A stretch of 64,000 nt of DNA from Candidatus Poribacteria bacterium (lineage in GTDB: Bacteria > Poribacteria > WGA-4E > WGA-3G), in assembly GCA_965198235.1 (NCBI GenBank), contig OZ240248.1:3872001-3936000 (forward strand), given 5' to 3'. The notes under the pieces were generated by a model, which did not search any database, was not told the origin of the DNA, and was given only the letters and a program-made list of their open reading frames with translations. The position numbers and the translations under genes were made by a program. Each line of letters opens with the position of its first letter. Within the stretch, counting starts at the first letter, position 1. This document shows, piece after piece, positions 58,625-64,000 of the stretch.

Positions 58625-60424
58625 ATGGCTGAACAGACAAGGCACGAACTAAACGCCCATTACAGTGGGGCAGGATTCATTGAATGTGCTGAGGTATCAG
58701 AAATTCCTGACGAAGGTGTTATCGCTGTCAATGTCGCGGGACAACCCATTGCTTTGGCAAAAAGCGACGGAAAAATTTTCGCAGTGGACAATCGTTGCCC
58801 GCACATGGGCTATCCGCTTAACCGTGGGAGCGTCCACGATGGCATCCTGATTTGCCATTGGCATCACGCGATGTTCGATCTGGCAAGTGGTTGCACCTTT
58901 CACCCGTTCGCGGATGATGTTCAACCCTACCCTATCGAAATCCGGGAGGGTAAGGTCTACGTCGATGTCAGTGCCAATGGTGCAAATGCTATTGAACGGT
59001 GGAAGGGACGACTCCGTGAAGGTCTTGAGCAGAGCATTAATCTTATCCTCGCGAAGTCGGTTATCGCACTTCGAGCACTGGACACTGCGCCTGATACTAT
59101 CGTTGAAGTTGGTGCACTTTACGGGGCGCGCGGTAGACGCGCAGGATGGGGACCCGCTATGACAATTCTCACCTGCATGGCAAACGTTGCTGAAAAATTA
59201 TCGGATGCCGACAAGGTTCTTGCACTCTATCAAGGGTTACTCCATGTTTCCGATGAGACTTCATCGTCAGCACCGCGGATTGCATTGGCAGAACTCGAAA
59301 CCGATACCCACTCGTTAGCGCAGCTGAAAACATGGTTCCGATATTTCATTGAAGTTCGCAATGCTGATGGTGCGGAACGGACGATTATGACTGCAATTGC
59401 CAACGGCGCGACCGAGGCACAAGTCTGTGATATGATGGTAGCAGCGGCAACAGACCATTTTTATCGAGACGGTGGACATACGCTCGATTTTATCAATAAA
59501 GCCTTTGAACTCCTTGAACGAATCGGTTGGGAGAAGGCTGACCAGATGATACCTACACTCGTTGGGATGCTGTCAAGTTCGTCCCGCGCCGAGGAAGAGA
59601 ATCGGTGGCGCAGTCCAATTGACTTTGTTCCGGTACTTAGAGAAACTTTTGATGAACTTGAAGCACTCGTGGCAGCAGGCAAAGACAAAACTTGGAAGGG
59701 TAGTGATGCGTTAGTTGAGGTCCTACTTGCTGATGCGCCACTTGAAACGATCACTGCAATCAAGTGTGCTATCCAAGACGGAGCAACACTGACTGGGTTA
59801 ACCCAGACTCTGACTTATGCTGCGGCACTCCGTATCGCGCAATTCCACACGAAAAACGAATTTGGGGATTGGATTGCAGTACTGCACACCTACACCTACT
59901 GCAATGCCCTTCATCAGTGCGCTAAACGCGCGCCGTCAGTGGAGACTATCCGTGGGATTTTTCATGGTGCGATGGCTATCTACTTTGATCGGTGGTTCAA
60001 TATGCCCGCGGCGCGTCTACCGCAACACCGGCGGGAAACTGATACACTTCCTACAGACGCTGATACGCTCTTGGAAGAGTTTGTCGCGATCCTTGACACA
60101 CAGGCACAAGTGGATAAGGCAGGGATGTACATCTATAGGTATCTGTCGCTTGGGCATCCTCGTGAAGCATTGTTGGAGAGACTCGGTCATATTCTCCTAC
60201 GCGAAGATGCGGAGTTCCACTCTTTCCAGATGCTGGAGGCAGCCTTTCAACAGGCAGAGGAATTGGACGAAGCACGCGCTCAGATGACGCTCGTGGCGGC
60301 ATCACGCTATCTCGCGGCGCATGCACCAACTGCACGCGCTCGCCGGCAGACTGCGAACCTCGCACTCCGCTTACACCGAGGTGACGATCTGTCCGCGGAC
60401 AACCCAGATGAAGCGGTAGATTAA
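58625..60424 (+). CDS. Rieske [2Fe-2S] domain fused to a long His-rich helical repeat region
   Basis: CPHMG...CHWHH; DGGHTLDF.NKA, LHTYTYCNALH, EFHSFQ. Confidence 0.85.
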   Translation: MAEQTRHELNAHYSGAGFIECAEVSEIPDEGVIAVNVAGQPIALAKSDGKIFAVDNRCPHMGYPLNRGSVHDGILICHWHHAMFDLASGCTFHPFADDVQPYPIEIREGKVYVDVSANGANAIERWKGRLREGLEQSINLILAKSVIALRALDTAPDTIVEVGALYGARGRRAGWGPAMTILTCMANVAEKLSDADKVLALYQGLLHVSDETSSSAPRIALAELETDTHSLAQLKTWFRYFIEVRNADGAERTIMTAIANGATEAQVCDMMVAAATDHFYRDGGHTLDFINKAFELLERIGWEKADQMIPTLVGMLSSSSRAEEENRWRSPIDFVPVLRETFDELEALVAAGKDKTWKGSDALVEVLLADAPLETITAIKCAIQDGATLTGLTQTLTYAAALRIAQFHTKNEFGDWIAVLHTYTYCNALHQCAKRAPSVETIRGIFHGAMAIYFDRWFNMPAARLPQHRRETDTLPTDADTLLEEFVAILDTQAQVDKAGMYIYRYLSLGHPREALLERLGHILLREDAEFHSFQMLEAAFQQAEELDEARAQMTLVAASRYLAAHAPTARARRQTANLALRLHRGDDLSADNPDEAVD

Positions 60425-60505
60425 TTGGGTGCAATTACACTGTGCACGGATGCCTCCTGAAATAAGGTGTAATATTGAGAGCATTTGACTAAGGGAGACA
60501 CTTTG

Positions 60506-61852
60506 ATGAGAAAAAGTATAGATTTCTGTATTCTCTTGTTATCTACTGTAGTCTTGGTTTCTTCTTGTGCCCAACCGATTAACCAACAGCGCGATCTGGA
60601 ACTGTTGACTGCTTTTGAAAATGCGTTTGTGAATGTTGTGGCTCGAAGTAAACCCGCAATTGTTGGTGTTTTCGTCAGAGGTATGGAAGAGTCTAAATCT
60701 CAAGATCGCGTTGGTTCGGGCTTTATTTTTCGTAAAGAGGGGTACATTCTTACAAACCATCATGTTGTTCATGCTGCGAGATATATCACAGTAACGTTGT
60801 TGGACGGTAGTAGGCTTGAGGCAGAGCTCGTCGGTACAGATCAAAACACGGATGTCGCGGTTCTAAAGATTGAGCGGGATGAAGCGTTTCCTGTCATCCC
60901 GTTGGCTGATTCCTCAACGGTTCGGGTAGGGCAATTTGCAATTGCTATCGGCAATCCGTTTGGACTCGATTATACCGTGACAACAGGTGTTGTGAGTGGT
61001 AAGAGTCGTTCGATTCTCCGAGGTTTTAGTTTTATTCGATACCAAGACTTCATTCAAACAGATGCTTGGATTAATACCGGTAGTAGCGGAGGACCGTTGC
61101 TGAATATCCGCGGTGAGGTAATCGGTATCAACGCATTAATTCGGCGCGTTGATAACAATGAAAATACGCCGGCTCCAGCGATGGCAGGTGCGGGATTTGC
61201 TATTCCGATTAATCTCGTTAAGACCGTTGGCGATCAACTCATTGCGAATGGACGTGTCATTCGTGGTTACCTTGGGGTCTTTATGCGGGAGGTAAAAGGG
61301 GGCATTCGGGTCAGACCTGGCGGCACGGATACACCGGCATATCTCGGCGGTTTACGGCGCAACGATATTATTTATGAATACAATGGCAAGAGGGTGCAAA
61401 AACCTGTTGAACTCCAAATGCTCGTTGCTGATTCACAAGTAGGTGAGCGATCTGTTATCAGGGTTCTGAGGCAGGGACATGAGAGAACATTCAATGTAAC
61501 TATTGGAGAAATGCCACCCCAATACACCGGACAATCTGTTGAAATCGAATCTATCTCATGGAAAAAACTTGGATTGGCAATTCGGAAATTGGAGGCAGGA
61601 GATTTTGAGAGGTATACGTACCTGACCGATGAAGATCGTGGTGTTATTGTTGAAAGCGTTAAGGAACAGGCACCTGGATACAAGGCAAGAATTCCAAACG
61701 GGGCACTTATTATCGCGATTAATGACCAGAAAATCACGGACGTGCGGACTTTCGAGGCATTTCTTCAGACGAATCAAGATGCCGAGGAATTAATCCTTAA
61801 CATTAAAAGCAGTCATGGTACAGAGAGAATAACTGTTAACCTCGAAAATTAG
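60506..61852 (+). CDS. HtrA/DegP-family serine protease with PDZ domains, lipoprotein
   Basis: Lipobox VSSC; TNHHV, DVAVL, GSSGGPL; two PDZ-like regions. Confidence 0.92.
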   Translation: MRKSIDFCILLLSTVVLVSSCAQPINQQRDLELLTAFENAFVNVVARSKPAIVGVFVRGMEESKSQDRVGSGFIFRKEGYILTNHHVVHAARYITVTLLDGSRLEAELVGTDQNTDVAVLKIERDEAFPVIPLADSSTVRVGQFAIAIGNPFGLDYTVTTGVVSGKSRSILRGFSFIRYQDFIQTDAWINTGSSGGPLLNIRGEVIGINALIRRVDNNENTPAPAMAGAGFAIPINLVKTVGDQLIANGRVIRGYLGVFMREVKGGIRVRPGGTDTPAYLGGLRRNDIIYEYNGKRVQKPVELQMLVADSQVGERSVIRVLRQGHERTFNVTIGEMPPQYTGQSVEIESISWKKLGLAIRKLEAGDFERYTYLTDEDRGVIVESVKEQAPGYKARIPNGALIIAINDQKITDVRTFEAFLQTNQDAEELILNIKSSHGTERITVNLEN

Positions 61853-61881
61853 GGGTAGACTTGGAAACAACAGATCGGATT

Positions 61882-63870
61882 ATGGCACAAACATCACAAA
61901 ATATCACCCTCAGAGAAATTTTTAGTCCTGGTGGTCTCATTTCTCAACAGCTTGAGGAATACGAGTTTCGCCAAGAACAATTACAGATGGCACATCAGGT
62001 CGCCCGCGCCTTTACAGCATCTGAGAATCTGATTGTCGAAGCTGGGGCGGGTGTTGGTAAAAGTTTTGCTTATCTGATTCCTGCGATTTCCCTCGCGCTG
62101 AAGGCGGAGCAGAAGGTCGTCATTTCGACGAATACTATTAGTCTACAGGAACAACTCGTCACGAAAGATATTCCTTTTCTTCAGCGTGTGCTCCCGCGCG
62201 ATTTCAATGTAGTTTTGGCAAAGGGACGGCGTAATTACCTCTCGCGAAGAAGACTCAAAAATTTGATGAGTTATGAACGGGGATTATTTGATACGCGTGA
62301 AGAAGTGGAGGAAGTCGCAGAGATTGAAGAGTGGGTGAATCGGACAGTAGATGGCAGTAGGGCTGACCTGCCTTGGCAACCTCAACCGCAGGTTTGGGAT
62401 AAGGTCGTTTCCGACAGAGATAACTGTCTCGGGCGTAATTGCGACACCTACGATATTTGTTTCTATTTCAAAGCCCGAAGAGAAATGTACAACGCGGATT
62501 TGCTTATCGTGAATCATCATTTACTCTTTAGCGATCTCGCAATCCGTAAGGATAGTGAGGCGGCTATGAGTGTGTTACCGGATTACGATTATCTCATCAT
62601 TGATGAGGCACACCACTTAGAAGCGACAGCCACGAACCACGCCAGCATCGACTTCAGCAATACTCGCGTCAAATGGCTCCTGGATTCTCTGTACAATGAA
62701 CGAAACAGAGAAGGCTTAGCGAAACGGTTCGATTCATCACAATTGGAAACTCAGGTCGAGACAGCACGCGAGCAGGCAAATATCCTCTTCAGAACGATTA
62801 TCGAGGCTATGCAAGAAGATATCCGTAGCGAGGAGAGCGGTAACACGTTGACACCACGCATCCATACGAGCAATTTCGTCAGAAATGTACTGGATGCCCC
62901 GCTTGCCGATATTGAAAAAACCCTGAAACGCCTCCGAGACCATGCTATGACGGATGATGATGAACAGGAAATTACGGCGCAGCAACACTATTGTCGACGC
63001 CTCCGGGACGAATTGGATATGATCATTCGGCAGAGCGATCCGAATTATGTTTATTGGGCTGAAATATCGACGCGGGGACGAACACCACGCATCCTTCTCA
63101 ACGCCACACCAGCGAATGTGAATCAGATGTTGCAAGATCATCTGTTCACAGCAAAAAATAGCGTTGTGATGACGAGTGCTACGCTCTCTACAAATCGCAA
63201 CTTCGCTTACTTTAAAAAACGGGTAGGTATTAGTGAGTGTCGTGAGCTTCTTGTAAATTCGCCGTTTGACTTTAAACGGCAAGTACAGATCCATATCCCG
63301 CGTAATATGCCGCATCCAAACAGTAATGGGTTTGTGCCAGCGGCGATTGAAAAGATTAAACACTACCTCAAACTGACCCATGGTAAAGCGTTTGTCCTTT
63401 TCACAAGCTACAAAATGATGGACGAAGTTTACGATGCTGTCGCACCTGATTTGGAAGAAATAGGGATTGATACTTTCAAACAGGGGGGCGAACTTTCACG
63501 AACAGCGATGCTTCAGGCATTTCGTGAAGATACAGACTCAGTCCTATTTGGGACCTCCAGTTTCTGGGAAGGCGTTGACGTTCGCGGTGCATCGCTCAGT
63601 AATGTTATCATTACAAGGCTACCCTTTGAAGTTCCGACGCACCCGGTGATGGAAGCGCGCGTGAAACAGATTAAGGAAGAGGGTGGAAACGAGTTTTTTG
63701 AATTCAGTTTACCAGAAGCAATATTGCGCTTAAAGCAGGGATTTGGACGGCTCATCCGTACGCAGACCGATAACGGAATTGTCGTGATTCTTGACCCGCG
63801 GATTAGAACAGCGAATTACGGGAAACAATTTTTAGAATCACTGCCAGACTGCGAGGTTGTGGAAGAATAA
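61882..63870 (+). CDS. DinG/YoaA family ATP-dependent helicase
   Basis: Q motif, EAGAGVGKS, DEAH, TSAT, FWEGVDV, QGFGRLIR. Confidence 0.93.
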   Translation: MAQTSQNITLREIFSPGGLISQQLEEYEFRQEQLQMAHQVARAFTASENLIVEAGAGVGKSFAYLIPAISLALKAEQKVVISTNTISLQEQLVTKDIPFLQRVLPRDFNVVLAKGRRNYLSRRRLKNLMSYERGLFDTREEVEEVAEIEEWVNRTVDGSRADLPWQPQPQVWDKVVSDRDNCLGRNCDTYDICFYFKARREMYNADLLIVNHHLLFSDLAIRKDSEAAMSVLPDYDYLIIDEAHHLEATATNHASIDFSNTRVKWLLDSLYNERNREGLAKRFDSSQLETQVETAREQANILFRTIIEAMQEDIRSEESGNTLTPRIHTSNFVRNVLDAPLADIEKTLKRLRDHAMTDDDEQEITAQQHYCRRLRDELDMIIRQSDPNYVYWAEISTRGRTPRILLNATPANVNQMLQDHLFTAKNSVVMTSATLSTNRNFAYFKKRVGISECRELLVNSPFDFKRQVQIHIPRNMPHPNSNGFVPAAIEKIKHYLKLTHGKAFVLFTSYKMMDEVYDAVAPDLEEIGIDTFKQGGELSRTAMLQAFREDTDSVLFGTSSFWEGVDVRGASLSNVIITRLPFEVPTHPVMEARVKQIKEEGGNEFFEFSLPEAILRLKQGFGRLIRTQTDNGIVVILDPRIRTANYGKQFLESLPDCEVVEE

Positions 63871-64000
63871 AAAAGATGCCCGCGGTATATGACCCACGAG
63901 CATCTTGATGTGTGCGAATAGCACAGAGTACTATTTTCTTGGCACGAACGCCACTCTAATTAATAGCGTTTCGGTGAAGGTTGCGCAATGCGAATCCCTC

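Noticed and set aside
62737-63381. Long antisense ORFs (also 5249..5920, 43784..44332, 47057..47629)
   Set aside because: Shadows of well-supported genes on the opposite strand
63871-64000. Possible 3' end of a minus-strand gene
   Set aside because: Too short to assign a frame or product
1-64000. tRNA, rRNA, prophage, integron or IS transposase
   Set aside because: No recognisable signatures by eye; tRNAscan/Rfam could still find small RNAs

Overview
Bacterial chromosomal window with about 55 genes. It is most likely Candidatus Poribacteria or a relative; this is inferred from the C-terminal V(D/E)P..KL.T.W..(I/L)K motif, a T9SS/FlgD-like C-terminal domain, PQQ-propeller, FG-GAP and TPR proteins, and dense GTAG-type REP-like repeats. 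Housekeeping genes include dnaE, acnA, dapF-dapA, alr, dusB, potB/potC, a DinG helicase, an HtrA protease and an M16C peptidase. They are interspersed with toxin-antitoxin or defence-like modules: an ATPase+PIN pair, MazEF, a chimeric-antitoxin/RelE-like pair and an unnamed two-gene pair. The best-supported hidden feature is an AhpD/CMD-family selenoprotein (C-H-Y-U motif, in-frame TGA at 14239-14241, SECIS-like hairpin) that the ORF track splits in two. It lies in an apparent operon with an A-B-A-B repeat protein carrying vicinal Cys-Cys pairs and an SDR. Other notable items are a cluster of deletion-scar gene chimeras (45.1-46.5 kb and 52 kb) and a repeat family whose right end abuts the start codons of four unrelated genes. 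No rRNA, tRNA, CRISPR array, integrase, transposase or reverse transcriptase was recognised. All family assignments come from reading motifs by eye, not from database searches.
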